From the human T2T-CHM13v2.0 reference genome, Homo sapiens: a stretch of 64,000 nucleotides of DNA. Where the stretch lies: assembly GCF_009914755.1 (NCBI RefSeq), contig NC_060938.1, one strand, 5' to 3'. The notes under the pieces were generated by a model, which saw only the letters and a program-made list of their open reading frames with translations, ran no database searches and had not been told where the DNA came from. Position numbers and translations under genes: made by a program. Position 1 is the first letter of the stretch; every line of letters begins with the position of its first letter. Shown one piece after another: positions 16,690 to 31,734 of the stretch.

Positions 16690-18490
16690 AGTCCATCCAT
16701 TTCCTGCCACCGTACAAGATAAACTTAGCTGTCCTTGCTTCCACGCAGTGCAAGAGGCATCCCTCATCCTCCAGCTTTCCTATCCAAGTGGGCTGAGTTA
16801 ATTACCATCCGAGCAACCCTGCTCCACCACTGAGATCCTCCCTCTCAGACACTACATTTCCTTCTTTCTACTGCCACATTTCCACCAGCATTTAATTTCC
16901 CTGAGTCTCTCCCATCTTACACCACAACCTACCTCCCTTTTCTGTTACCTCTTTCCCCCTTCCTTGTCATAGATAAAGTTCATTAAAAAGCTTTGCCTCC
17001 TTTTTTTTTTTTTTTTTAAATAGAGACAGGGTTTCACCATGTTGCCCAGGCTGTTCTCAAACTCCTGGGCTCAAGCAATCCACCACCTGCCTTGGTCTCC
17101 CAAAATGTTGGGATTATAAGCATGAACCACCGTGCCCAGCCATTTTTGTTTCTTATTTACTTCTCAGTGACTGTACTTTGGCTCCATACTCAATAAACCA
17201 CTGAAGTCTACTTAACTTGTTCTTATCAAGGTCATGAACTACATGGCTAGATACTATGTTGGCCTAACTACCTTACTTTACTACAGTACTGGACATTGTT
17301 GACTACTCTGTCCTTTTGAAACAACTTTTATCTTAGCTTTCATCATACTTCACTGCCATAGTCTTCCTATGCATTTTTTTTTTGTTTCCTTTGCAAGGTC
17401 CCCTTCTTCTAACCTGCCCTGTCTCTTAAACATGGGTGATCTGCAGGGTTCTATTCTTCATCTTGTCTTCTCACATTACAGACAACCATTGCAATGGCTG
17501 CACTTACCATTACTGCTAACTGTTACCCTATCAGTATCTGTAGCATGTGCATCTCTCCCCTAATCCAATGTCTACAGGCTAGCTCCAAATAGACATCCCA
17601 CAGGCACCTCAAATTCAAAATATCCCCAAATTAAACTCATCTTTCCCCCCAAACCCAGCTCCTTTTTCTACATTCTTCTCATCTTCTACATTCTTATCTC
17701 AGTATCACACTATCCACCCAATTGCACAAGTCAGAAAAATGACCCCACTTCAACCTCCTCCCAAATAAGTCACCCAGACTATTGACCAAACTTCCTCAGT
17801 ATCTATTCAATCTGCCCCTTTTCTCATCCCATGTTGATTACCTTAATTTGGATTACTATCATCTCTCTAAAATGACTCCTCTGCACCATAACTGGTATAA
17901 ATATGGATCTTGTCATTTTTGTGTTAATGTTCTTTCAGTGACACGTCACTGCTGCCAGTTCAAAAAACAATCTCCTTACCATTTTTATCATCTAATGTCT
18001 GCCAGTTTCTTCTGCGACTACCTCTCATGTTAGCAGGAATCAGATTCAATAGCTATTAAGAAGTATTCATCCTTCCCCTTAAATTCTATTTTCCAGCAGC
18101 ACAAAACTCTCTAGGCATTTTTTTTTTTTTTTGAGATGGGGTCTGGCTATGTTGCCCAGGTTGGTCTTGAACTCCTGGGCTCAAGTAATGCTCCCACCTC
18201 AGCCTCCTGAGTAGCTGGGATTACAGGCATGTGCCACTGTGCTTGGCTCTCCATCCCCGATGAAGTCTCTCCATCCTCACTGAAGATTAAGTTATAGAAC
18301 ACCCTTACCCCTTGCTCTTTTCCTTTCCTTTCCAAAGTACTATTTATTACCCCAATTGTAATTTTATCTCGCCAACATGCTCTAAACCATCCTGAGGATT
18401 GAGACTGTAAGTGCTTCTTCCTTGTATCTCTAGTACCCAGCACAGTTTGTGGCACAGGAGTTCACTTAGTATTAGCTGAAATGAATTTTT
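16690..18490 (+). mobile_element. L2 LINE remnant with FLAM insertions (17001-17141, 18118-18246)
   Basis: caggcacctcaaattcaaaatatcc; terminal cccagcacagt...tgaaatgaat. Confidence 0.7.
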
Positions 18491-19340
18491 AATAACTTTG
18501 CATTTTAGATCTCTATGAAGCCTTGGCATCCAGTCTAACACTCTCATTTCTCAGAAGAAGATACTATAGGCCCAGATGTGCTATCTTTCCAAAATCACAG
18601 ATCTAAACCAGGTGTAGTGGTGTGCACCTGCAGTGTCAGCTACTCGGGAGGCAGAGGTGGAAGGATCGCTTGACCCCAAGAGTTGGAGATAAGCGTGTAC
18701 AACATAGTCTCAAAAAACGAAACAACAAAAATCATAGGGCTTGTTTAGTAGAAGAGCAGCATCCAGACCATTTGATTCTTGGTCAAGGTGTTATCAGTGC
18801 GGTGCCTGTGATGAGTGCAATGATCAGTGTGATGAGTCCTTTGAGAGGACTTGGGAGCAGTGGGATGAAAACTGAGAACAGCTTATAAACTTATTAATTC
18901 CATGCCAGGACCTGACCTCTTAGTTATACAGGAAGAAGGTTAAGATATAACAGGGACAGTGAGAACAGGGGCCAGAAGACAGATTTAGTCTCAAAGTCAA
19001 CAGTGGATCATTTACGCTGGTCCTGGGCAGCTGAAGAGGGAAGCAGGAGAAGGTTGCAACAGATCCTGAGAGCAACAAAGAATGACAGAGACCCAAAAGT
19101 GAAACGCCCGTGACTGAGAGAGGAAGGTAGTGACCCTAATTAAGAGTTTCAGGTAAATTACAGAATTCCAAAATGTGGGAATAGCAATTGTTTACCCAGG
19201 ATTGAGTTTTTCTATTTTTTAAAAATTTGTGTAACTTTAAAAGCAATAGTTTAAGTGACTACTAGGCAGAGCTCATGTACTAGGGTACAGATTTCAACAC
19301 TGTGTTGAAATACGGTAAATCTATCCTAATGTACAATATA

Positions 19341-20717
<1,377 letters not shown>

Positions 20718-20738
20718 TACTAAGTACAATTTAGGAAT

Positions 20739-22146
20739 ATGAATCAGGAAAAGCACCTCTGTGTTTTAAGTGTTAAATGAAATTGTTTTGGGAGTCATTT
20801 TTGTGAAATCAGTCTGGAGCCCTTTTCCCTGGTGCTGTTGTCCACATCTGAATACTTCGAGTTAGAAAGGCCTTATCTACAAAAATATGTGTACGTACAA
20901 ATGTACCCAAAGAAGAGATGGGCTGGGCCACTAGGAGTAACTCAGAACTGGCTTGCCAAGGGTGGCGCAACCTTTGCTATAATCAAGCAGGTGGGAAACC
21001 AGGAGACTATGGCTGCAGGTGTTAGCTCCAGCGCCTAGTAATACCTCCCTCCTTTCATTTTCTGTGTCTCTAACCCCTTAGCTCTATTCCGAATTTAAGT
21101 CTCCCATGAATGCACCTGACTGGAATCTAAGTCTCATTGGAAATGAGTCTAGAAAGTGTATTTTAGTTTTTTAGTCTTTGCTCTTCTAAGGGAAGATACA
21201 GTGAGAGGACTGTGGAACAGACAGTGCAGAGCCAGCTGATTGACTGCATCATCCAAAAGGCATGCCATGTGCCAAGGGTGTGTGCTCACGGGAGAGTGGT
21301 CCTCAGGGGATACAGCTTTCTGGAGAAGTGGTATCTACACTGAAAGTGAACCAGGTGATTTTATTGAAAAGTATTACCCCAAGTGAGAGGCTCATTAACG
21401 CTCTGCAAAGAAATCACAGTGAGCAGCAGAATGCCATCTACCTGCAGAAGAACCAGACTAATCTGGAGAGGAAATTCGCCTACCAGCTGAGCCAGGGCAT
21501 CATCAGATGAAAAAGGTGAAAGAGCAGTATGAAGAACCAATAGAAGAAATCACTGAAATAGAAAATTAAGCTGTAGGTCATAGACCTTACTGAAGAAAAG
21601 GAAAAACAAAATCCAAAACAAAGCCAATAGCTGAGGCTTCATCCAGGCTTAGCCCAGGCTGTAGGAAGCAGGCCTGCCACAAACGCCCTGAGGGAAAGGA
21701 AATGAGCAACCCAAATACCAGACCCTAGTTCTGAGATAGCTTTGGATTTGAAAAGACAGGACAAGAGAAAACCAGTGAGACTCAAGGTGTCAGCTAGAAG
21801 CCTCCGAGGAATATCCTGAAGCGGCCTCAAAAGCCAGGATGAGAGCAAAGACAAAACTGTGTGAGGAAGAGGTGTTGGGGAAGGGGAAGGGGAAGGACTT
21901 GCCCAAACCCTGAAAGTGTCAGCTACTCTACTGGCGAGCCAGGAAAATTCAGAGGCTGAGGACCCTGAGTGGGACCAGCCTGTCATCAGTGAGGGTGAGG
22001 AAGAGCAGGATGTCGAAGAAGAAAGCCCAGGGATGACTACAGCGTGGCTTAAAATAAGGCAGAATCCAAAACAGACAAGGAGGCAGCCCCTGCAGAATAA
22101 GGAAACTCTAAATGTCCTTAATGCTGAAGATCAAAAGACAACGTAA
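20739..22146 (+). pseudogene. Putative decayed intronless RING-HC E3 ligase gene (RNF168/RNF169-like), split by an LTR
   Basis: CEISLEPFSLVLLST (20802-20846) joins in frame to SKRHAMCQGC...TAFWR...IEKYYPK*E...RLPAEPG...EN*A once 20849-21253 is removed; a later RRRKPRDDYS resembles an LRM motif; multiple stops and frameshifts. Confidence 0.55.
20849..21248. mobile_element. Old MaLR-type (MLT1-like) solo LTR
   Basis: TG...CA ends, ~400 bp, degenerate 5-bp flanking repeat acatc/tcatc, and an MLT1-like gcacctgactgg...ctaagtctca segment. Confidence 0.45.
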
Positions 22147-22176
22147 GCTTACTTGACAAGTTAGAAATGCAGAATC

Positions 22177-22474
<298 letters not shown>

Positions 22475-22701
22475 TCAAGTCTGCACAAAGAGATTACAAC
22501 AAAATATTTATGTGGAATTGAATACTTCAAACCTGTGAAAAGGACTATGTAAAAGAGACATATCTAAACATTTTTCAAGTACCCAAAGGAGTAAAGAAAT
22601 TGATTTTTTTAAAAAACTTGTTTATCCCAGCAAGTGGCTCATTGACTATTAGGCCAATGGGGATGCCACCATCAACAACAGCCGTGCCAGGCTCTCCTTA
22701 C

Positions 22702-22826
22702 CCCTGAGGTTCATCTGATGAGCTGGTGTGCCACTGGATTCTTCTTTGCTCTTATAACAAGAAATGGATGTGTCTTTGAAGGTGCACCAATATTGTTTGT
22801 AACCTTTCAGAGTCAGCTTTTTTGGC
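22702..22826 (-). CDS. FERMT2: FERMT2 exon 10 (125 nt), PH domain, [18 protein letters not shown]...MNLR
   Basis: catAG|GCCAAA ... CAGGG|GTAAGG; ORF 22649..22837. Confidence 0.97.
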
Positions 22827-24079
22827 CTATGTATCAAAGAGAATTAACAACAAAATCACTTGGAAGTAACTTTATTAACGCTGTATTAGCAAAGTTTCAC
22901 AATATTAATTTAAGTCTGGGGTCAAGTTTTACACGTGCTGAAATTGATCCCCCTTGGTCAGTGTCTTATTAGTCAGTGCTACTGTTACTGGATGCGAGCC
23001 TCCCTTCTCAATCTACTCTAGAAGATCCCACAAACAGCGTTCCGAGGAGAAAGGCAGTAGGGCCTGTGTTCCAGTATTCTGCAGCTGTAGCCATCACATC
23101 TATCACTAACTAGCAGGTCACATGGGAAGGGTAGGAAAAGAAAGGTGAAGTAAATGTCAGTAATTGGAAAATTCCTAGATCCTGTAATTACCTGCAGGTT
23201 TATGGGTGTCTGCAGGATTGCCTTGGAGCCTCTATAAAGATGCAAATTTACCTGGCAGGACTGAAAGTGGGGGATGTGCTTCTTTCTCCGGGGTAAATTC
23301 CAATGGTGACATTAACTTGCCACTCCAATATCAAACACAGAAGGAAGATGACAGAGCAGTCATGAGGATGTGTAAGGAAAGGTGCAGGTAGATGAGAAAG
23401 GTGGGTCAAGGGGGAAGGAGAAAGGGTAGGGTAGTGGATCTGAAATCATGCCCTTATCTCAGAAGTTCCATATTTTGAACTGCTGTATGTTCAGCTATGG
23501 TAAATGGTTTATTCTAGAGTAGTTTTGTATCTTATATAGTAGAAAATAGTACTTTCCACATCACCTCCTTTTCCTTTTTCTCCTCTCTGCCTTAATGCCG
23601 AGCTCTCTTGATTCTGTGGAATATAGCTGGATAGAGTGTTAAAAATCTTGATCAGATATACTAGAACTTTACATAAAATGTTCCATGAACAAATGAACAG
23701 AGTTCAATAGAATCTTGCGCTCTGAACGAGGAAATAATCGCTGGCAGTGACACAGTTCATTATGTACTGCTTCCAACTGAGGCCCGGAGGGGCTGTGCCA
23801 CTGTATTACTATGTTTCAGCATCTGTATGATGCAATCTAGGTTTCACAATCTTTTTTTTTTTTTTTTAAAGAAAAATCTGATAAAAGAATGAGCATTGTG
23901 ATTTTAATTTTGTAAAAGTGGTTATTTTCTCTCGTGGTAATTTGGTGTTCACCTAACTGGTAAATCCTTTTACAGTAGATGCGTTTGTTAGTCAAACTTA
24001 ACAGTTAGTTTCAATAATGTGACCATGACTATAAAGCTGACAGTTATTAATATTTGGCATCCCTCCTTTTTGTACTTAC

Positions 24080-24129
24080 TTGAAAACTTTAATGTAGTCA
24101 GCAAGTTCAGGAATGGAAGTAATGTCACC
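24080..24129 (-). CDS. FERMT2: FERMT2 exon 9 (50 nt), GDITSIPELADYIKVFK
   Basis: cctAG|GGTGAC ... TTTCAA|GTAAGT. Confidence 0.96.
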
Positions 24130-24719
24130 CTAGGAGAGAGTTAAATCCTTTTTTAATTTTTTTAATATTTGAAATTCTTTCTAATGTTTGGTATCTGATA
24201 TCAAGAACTAGCTTACTTAATAAACAGAATGACATAAAATACAATGATAAAGATTTAAACAACAAAATCACATTACATAGTCTTGTGGACCATATTCTTC
24301 TTGGTACAAAGGCATTTTCAAATAGCATAAAAGGTTAACAAAATTTTCATCAAAATGGCAATTTATACAACCCATGAGAATATGCTATCTTTAATAGTGC
24401 TGAAACTGTTTGTAGGTGCATATAAATCTGTACATTGTAAAAGGCCTGAAGTGTTTCTTCAGCAGTAACTAATCCCTATACTTAAAAACCAAACCCAGTG
24501 TTTCACAATTTTCCCGAGATCTATTTTCTTCTTTTTGTAGTATTTCAAATGTGCACATCACTAAGTGGATTTTTACCATGACTTGAGATTATTTTCCTCT
24601 GCAGAAATGTCTTCCCACCACTTGTAAAAGAATTTGCAGAGTATTAGAGTATTAGATCTATTCTTACTGTATTGAATGCACTAGAGACTAATACATTATT
24701 ACTTTAAAAACAAACTTCC

Positions 24720-24965
24720 CAGTGGTGGCGGGAGCACTGCTTAAGGCCAGGAGTTTGAGATCAGACTAGACAACACAGTGAGACCCCATCTCTTAAAAAA
24801 ATAAAAAATTAGCCAGGTGTGGTGGTGCATGGTTGTAGTCTCAGCTACTCAGGAGGCTGAGGTAGGAAATGGCTTGAGCCCTGGAGTTTGAGAATGCAGT
24901 GACCTATGACGTGTGCCACTGCACTCCAGCCTGGGCAACAGAACGAGACCCTGTCTCAAAATAAA
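24720..24965 (+). mobile_element. AluJ, 5'-truncated
   Basis: Alu consensus. Confidence 0.85.
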
Positions 24966-25125
24966 CCACTTTGCTCAAAGTTCCTGAAAAATTAACATCT
25001 GATTTCTCTCTCTAAAGCATTAAATATTTCTCTCCACCACCCCCAAATACTTTGAACCTAAATCCACAAAATGGAATGCATCAATTCAAGCTAAATTAGT
25101 AGGTAAAAAAAAAGATTCACCCTAC

Positions 25126-25260
25126 CAAAATTGTTGACGTTTTACCCCCTTCCAGAGTAATCTCCAGGTCTGAAAGGGCAGCATCAACTTCATCAACTTC
25201 TTTGTCACTGTTGTTCAAATGATTCTCTGATGTCATGATTGACAGCTTATTGATATGATA
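25126..25260 (-). CDS. FERMT2: FERMT2 exon 8 (135 nt), YHINKLSIMTSENHL...LEGGKTSTIL
   Basis: ttcAG|TATCAT ... ATTTTG|GTAGGG. Confidence 0.96.
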
Positions 25261-27472
25261 CTGAAACCAGAATTATTTTATTAAAATAATTGCTATAACT
25301 GTAAAACTCTAAAATGAAATTACTATCTGAATCTATATTTAATGCTTTTCAGGACCTAATTTGAAAAGACAGAAGCGTCTAGGAACTAGAACGATAGGAA
25401 ATAAATACCTGAAATCAATATCCTAAACCTGCTAATAAATACTTATCCAAAAGAAGTAGGGTCTTTGGACACATACCAATGAATTCATCATTTGCGGGCT
25501 CTAAGACTTAAGAGAGTTAACTGGTCCTCAACTGTACTTCACATTAACAGAGATTTTTGACTTTTTTTTTTTTCATTGTAATCTGCCCTGTGTCTATAAC
25601 AGGGCCTGTTATCAAGAAATATTGAATGAACATACAGAATATGCATAAGGTCTTTTGTAGAAACTGATGAACACTGAATGCTGTACACTGCTCCTATTAC
25701 CCAGGAGAAAGTCATCATTATTATGTCGAAAGCTAAAACTCCACTTTTTCCCCATCCTTGCTTCATGTTCTGTATTCTCATATCTAAGAATGTTTGTACG
25801 TGAGTACGCACATGGACACCCACATATACGTGGGTGGGGTGGGGGCAGAGAGAGAGTAGTGAGTAGTGATGACTACTCATATGTAGACAGGAAAATTTTT
25901 GGATACAGAATAGTTACTGATTTTAAATATACTTCAGTAAGTGACTTAGAACAAATATTATGTTAAGCCTTAGGTTTTCTACAAAGGTCAGCAGAACCTT
26001 TAAATCTTAATCAATTACCTTTCAAAGCAACAAGTGGCACTCCAAATGTCTAAAGTATTCATTTAATACATTCATTTCATGGGAACATTTAGTGAACTAA
26101 TCTGAGGCCACTTACCAATGTTCTGTGTTTTAAGATTTAGTGATTGATTGGTAATGAATAGTCTCTGACTACTTCAGTTGTGCTGAAATGAGATCTTACA
26201 ATTGTAGAAATGTCAATGTTCATAAATTATGGGAAATGAGGTAGAGGTTGAGGCCCTCAGGTCCCAAATGTCAGAGTATATTAAGAGTCTGGTGAAGAAT
26301 TGGTCAAAAATACAGATCCTTAGGTTTACTCCAGAGATCCTGATTCAGGAAGTCTGGGGTCCAGCCTGGAATCTGCATTTTTACTCACTGCTCTGGGTAA
26401 TTCTGATGCAAAATGTCTTTATGAGTCATACCGGAGAAATCCTGGCTGTGAATGGGACTTAAAAAATCCAGCTTTGCTTTCAAAAGTGCAAGGGATATCT
26501 TAAATTTCTTAATACATACTCTGACTTAAATGCTTTAAAAACAATGTTACTAATTCATCTACTTTACTTTTTATCCCCACCTTCTTGTTTTGTATTATTC
26601 TGCTTCTTTTTACTATTGTAAATTTACTTTACACAAGGATCCAGATGTCCCAAGGAGAGTATACTTCGGAGTATAGGTTCTCTCTGAAAGAAAAAATTCT
26701 AGGCATCTCCTCCTCACCATACTTTCACAGTTTCCTTATTCTGGTACTAGTTGGCTTCCTACAACCTTAGGGTCAGTCTCTGAGAAAGCCTCCAACAACT
26801 CAAATCTGTATGTCAAAATACTCTCATTATATCTAGATTCTAAAATGGTCTTGGAGGGCTATGGTTTGAGACCATTCCATTTCCATGAATTAAAACCTGT
26901 GGTCTCTGAGGTGTTCCTTCTGTAGTGATATGGAATGCCCAAGATACACTCGGGGAGGTGGGCTGCAGAATCATGCCATTCCTGTGAGAACACAACTGTG
27001 TGTACTCTCATTTTACAAACACGTTTTGAGCACCTACTATGTGCCAGGCATATAATAGGCATCTGTTGGTTTTAAAAACAATAACCATAAACATGTACTA
27101 TTTTTTAATACAAAAATAAAGCAACAGTATAAAATCTGTGGTCTTTCACACATATTTTACAGGTATTATTATTCTATCATTGGCAAAACCTCCACTAGAA
27201 AATCATAAGCCTGTATCAAAGTGAGGAGGATGCAGGAAGAAAGCCATAACCACGTGAGGGGACTCCCAACAAACTGCTCCAGAATTTAATTCAAGAAATT
27301 CACCAGAGAGTCAGAATTATCTGGAAACACAATACGGGATCCTAACTGGCTCATTAATCAAGTTCCTAGAAAATAACTGATTAATCCATCTGTCACCTGG
27401 GATTTATTTTCCTTGTCTATGCTTCTTTGCCACTCCTTTCATTATGTAAAACTAAGGTGAAAATTAGCTGTT

Positions 27473-27503
<31 letters not shown>

Positions 27504-28487
27504 TGCTAACCTCACTCCCCATTCTTGCTTTCTAATGTCAACTTTTTGGGTCACAACTGAAAACTTTTCTGGATGCATAAAGGAGGCATTTGGAAGACTG
27601 AGAGCATTTTTGTTTGTGTTCTAAGGAAAAACAAAATCCCTTCTACAGTGAAAAGTTCTTCAACTGAATGTCAACTCTGCTTCCTGTACTTCTGTTATTT
27701 ATAGAACACCAACTTCATCAGGACTTTAGGCTGAACCTAGAATCCCGTCATAACTGGGAATACTTGCCAAAGCATTACTCGGGTATCTGAAATTTAAGAA
27801 AGATGAATTAATTTGGTCATCAGACCTCAGTATCTGTAAGAATGTGGATGTGTGGATGCCACCTTAAAGTTATTCATGAAGTGGATAATTAATTTTTAAA
27901 TAAGCTCCCCTATAATTCTGAAGGAGGTGGTATGTAAGAACCACATATGAAAAAACTGGTTTAATCTAAGGACAATGTTAGCTATCTACTTAAGGATTAT
28001 CATTGTAGAAAAAGGTTTGGTTCCACTAGTCTCTCTAAATCTTATCACCTAAAAGCATCGCTTTGCTACAGCCCATTTTATAGTGTGTTGTATCATCCCT
28101 GGCTATTTATGAAATTATACAGGTAAGCTTCAGATTAGATTTCAGAAATCTGATTTTTAATAAATATTTTCTTTCCAAGGAAAAACTGAGGAGCTTTGAG
28201 CAGATTTATATTTGGGGGTGAGAGGATAATTTTTTTCCTACAAAATAGGATAATTTTTTTCCTACAAAATAGAGAAAAGTACTTAAGTATACCACTGAAC
28301 TCTTGGAAAAGATAAAAAATCAAACTAAAATGTATTTGTTTTGCTTTCCTAAGTGTCTACTCACTTTCTTCATGGCAAAAATTCTGTCTCGTGAAATGTT
28401 ACTGGAATTACTATTCCACTTTACTGTTTAAAAATACCTCCCTACCCTTTACCCGAATAAGTCCCATTTACTAGACCTTTCAACTAC

Positions 28488-28595
28488 CTGCAGGGCTGCA
28501 AACATCATCATTTCTTCTTCTGTGCATTCAATCTCTTCCAGGAGAATGGCCCATTTGGCCTGCTCATAAAGCTGATTGATTCTGATTGCATCATA
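28488..28595 (-). CDS. FERMT2: FERMT2 exon 7 (108 nt), [36 protein letters not shown]
   Basis: tgcAG|TATGAT ... CTGCAG|GTAGTT. Confidence 0.96.
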
Positions 28596-29211
28596 CTGCA
28601 ACAAGAGAAATAGTTCTTTTGTAATATATAACCTTTACCATTGAAAAATTTCAAACTCTGAATATTCAATTGACAAGAAAAATTTAATGCTTTTTTTCCT
28701 GGGATCTTAATTTACAAGCAAGAATTTTTATTTACAATCAAGTATTATTAGAAGGATACCTATGGGGTCAGACATGCCTATATATGCCCACATCTAATTT
28801 TCCATTAAAAATGACATTAAAATATGACAGAGAATAATTGATTGTACAGTATTAAAAAGTAGATTCTGTATGTTATTTTTCAGGGAAATAACCACTAGAC
28901 ATTATAGCCTTTAACATAAGAAATCTAATTTGATGACATTAAAGTAAGGCGGAACTACCGATTATTTTTCAGTGTTATTACTGCAACTTGCCATACAAAC
29001 ATGTAATCAGAAAGCAAATTATTCTGGGGAACATTTTGTTCACTGTGGAGAAGCATACCCAGATAAAGTGGCAAGTCCTTGGAAACGGCAGTTATTTTAA
29101 GTATGCAAAATACAGGGCAAATATACTTGTGGAAAATGTTTACTTATATGTTATTCAATTATCCATTTAATTATATAAATAAAAGTCAATAGTAATGCCT
29201 TAAGAATACTG

Positions 29212-29417
29212 CAGATTGAGTATCCCTTATCCAGAATGCTTGAGACCTTCTGTGTTGAATTTAGAATTTTTATAGATGATGGAATATTCCATTATACCAG
29301 TTGAGTGTCCCTAACATAAAAATCCAAAATGAGCATATCCTTTCAGCATCATGTCAGCCCTCAAAAGTCTTAGCTTTTGGAGCATTCTACATTTTCAAAT
29401 TAGGAATGCTCAACATG
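29212..29417 (+). mobile_element. Tigger4/Zombi MITE
   Basis: cagattgagtatcccttatcc...atgctcaacatg; similar to 13957-14172. Confidence 0.75.
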
Positions 29418-29884
29418 TATTTTAGAACGTTGACAAAATACATCTCCATTCCCCTCACAAATGTAACTATTCCCAAAGTAGCTTTGGCTTTACTAAAAGT
29501 AGGTATGATGTGGCCTGAAAATGAATTAAAATTATTTTCTATAATTTTATTATAGAGATTTTACTGTTGTATAAAGAATTACTTAAGCATATAATAAAAG
29601 AATGTAAACATAACATTAAAATCTAGACTATACTCTAAACATGAAAAGGATGAGAGGGTAGCCAAGAGAGGTTTCTTTCCCCAGGCTGAAAGAGAAGTAA
29701 AAGATTCAAACCTCTGTGCCAAGTGTTTTCTACGGGGGAAAAAAGCTCCAGATATTTATGGCAAAGTTAAATCTTACCAGAAAAGTGAAGTACTATGGTA
29801 GCAGAGATAATACCAATCATAGTAAAGACAAGTAACAGTGTTTGTCTGTTACAGAGGAAAAAAATGTAGACCTAAGAAAAATTT

Positions 29885-30603
<719 letters not shown>

Positions 30604-30941
30604 TAAACTTTGCCAGTTCTATAGTACCAAAAGAGTACCTTTAAAATACAAATCATGACACTCTAAGAGCTTAGAGATTAAAAAAAAGATAAAACCAAAT
30701 CAGCCAAAAGTTTCATTATCTTAATAACAACAATAAAAAGGTTTAGTTATGCTTCCAACCTACTAAAATAGACTTATTTAAAATACAAATACCTTTGCCT
30801 AAAAGTTTGGGTTTTTAATAATTATTCAAGATTTCCTATATACAAATAATTCCTTATTCCACCGACTTCCAAAAACAAACATCCATGTGAACAAAACAAA
30901 TTAATGGGGAAAAAAAAAAGATCCCTTTAAACCCTCGGTAC

Positions 30942-31044
30942 CTTTGGATTCAAATCAAAAAAGCTGTAATACTTGAATCGGAGCAGCAAGGCCTCATTTT
31001 CCTTCACATCTTGTTCCATGAGAGATCTTGAGGAATCAAGCCAT
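30942..31044 (-). CDS. FERMT2: FERMT2 exon 6 (103 nt), [34 protein letters not shown]
   Basis: ccAG|ATGGCTT ... CCAAAG|GTACCG; manual translation. Confidence 0.96.
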
Positions 31045-31149
31045 CTGGACAAATTAAGAACAGTGGAACAAAACAACACAGAATGAAGACAATATTTCTA
31101 CCTCTAGCTGGATGAAGAAATTCAATTTTATCTATATCTTAAAACTTAC

Positions 31150-31375
31150 CCTTGGTTGATTTTTGCTTTATCAAGAAGAGCTTGAGGCTTGAACATTTTT
31201 GCCAAGATTTCTGGTGACGTGATTGGTTGACTGACAGCAAGTATACCAGGATTGCCTTCTGACAAAGCACTGTCACCAAACCAAGCAGAAGTTGGTGACA
31301 AGGGGCTTCCATCATGAGCATCATAAGTGGGGGTCATTGTTTTACTATACAGTCCTGGGCTTGAATATATACTTC
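31150..31375 (-). CDS. FERMT2: FERMT2 exon 5 (226 nt), [18 protein letters not shown]...KAKINQG
   Basis: attAG|GAAGTA ... CAAGG|GTAAG; ORF 31146..31442. Confidence 0.97.
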
Positions 31376-31701
31376 CTAATAAGTAACATGAAAAACAGGT
31401 AGTAAGTATGCAGTACAGCATCTTATTTTTCAATAATAACACATATTATGATATAAAGCACATTGTGAAACAAAAGTTTTATTCTGAAAGGAAAGCTTAG
31501 TATATTATTTTACCTGTTATGAAAACATGTGTAATTAATTCTCCTTGTATAACATTAAAACACGTAATAAAGCCTTAAGAATATAATTAAGTTGGCAGAA
31601 ATTCTGGGGAAAAAAAATCAGTTCAAGAGAATTAGAAAATAAGGATATAGCTGAAGCAGACAGACCAACACTTTTTGTCTTTAAATTGTGGCAAGGCTCA
31701 C

Positions 31702-31734
31702 CTTTCAGAGGGCCAATGTAAAGAACATCAGTGC
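31702..31734 (-). CDS. FERMT2: Candidate alternative 33-nt in-frame microexon (GTDVLYIGPLK)
   Basis: cctttcctatAG|GCACTGATGTTCTTTACATTGGCCCTCTGAAAG|GTGAG; phase 1/1, no stop, ~105 nt AG-free pyrimidine tract upstream. Confidence 0.75.

Noticed and set aside
21639-21986. 115-aa minus-strand ORF
   Set aside because: It is the antisense shadow of the purine-rich + strand pseudogene-like frame.
24577-24620. AG...GT-bounded 44-nt segment in intron 8
   Set aside because: Not frame-preserving, weak donor and no other support.
31045-31149. 105-nt intron (multiple of 3) as an in-frame retained intron
   Set aside because: Retention gives GGG TAA, an immediate stop.
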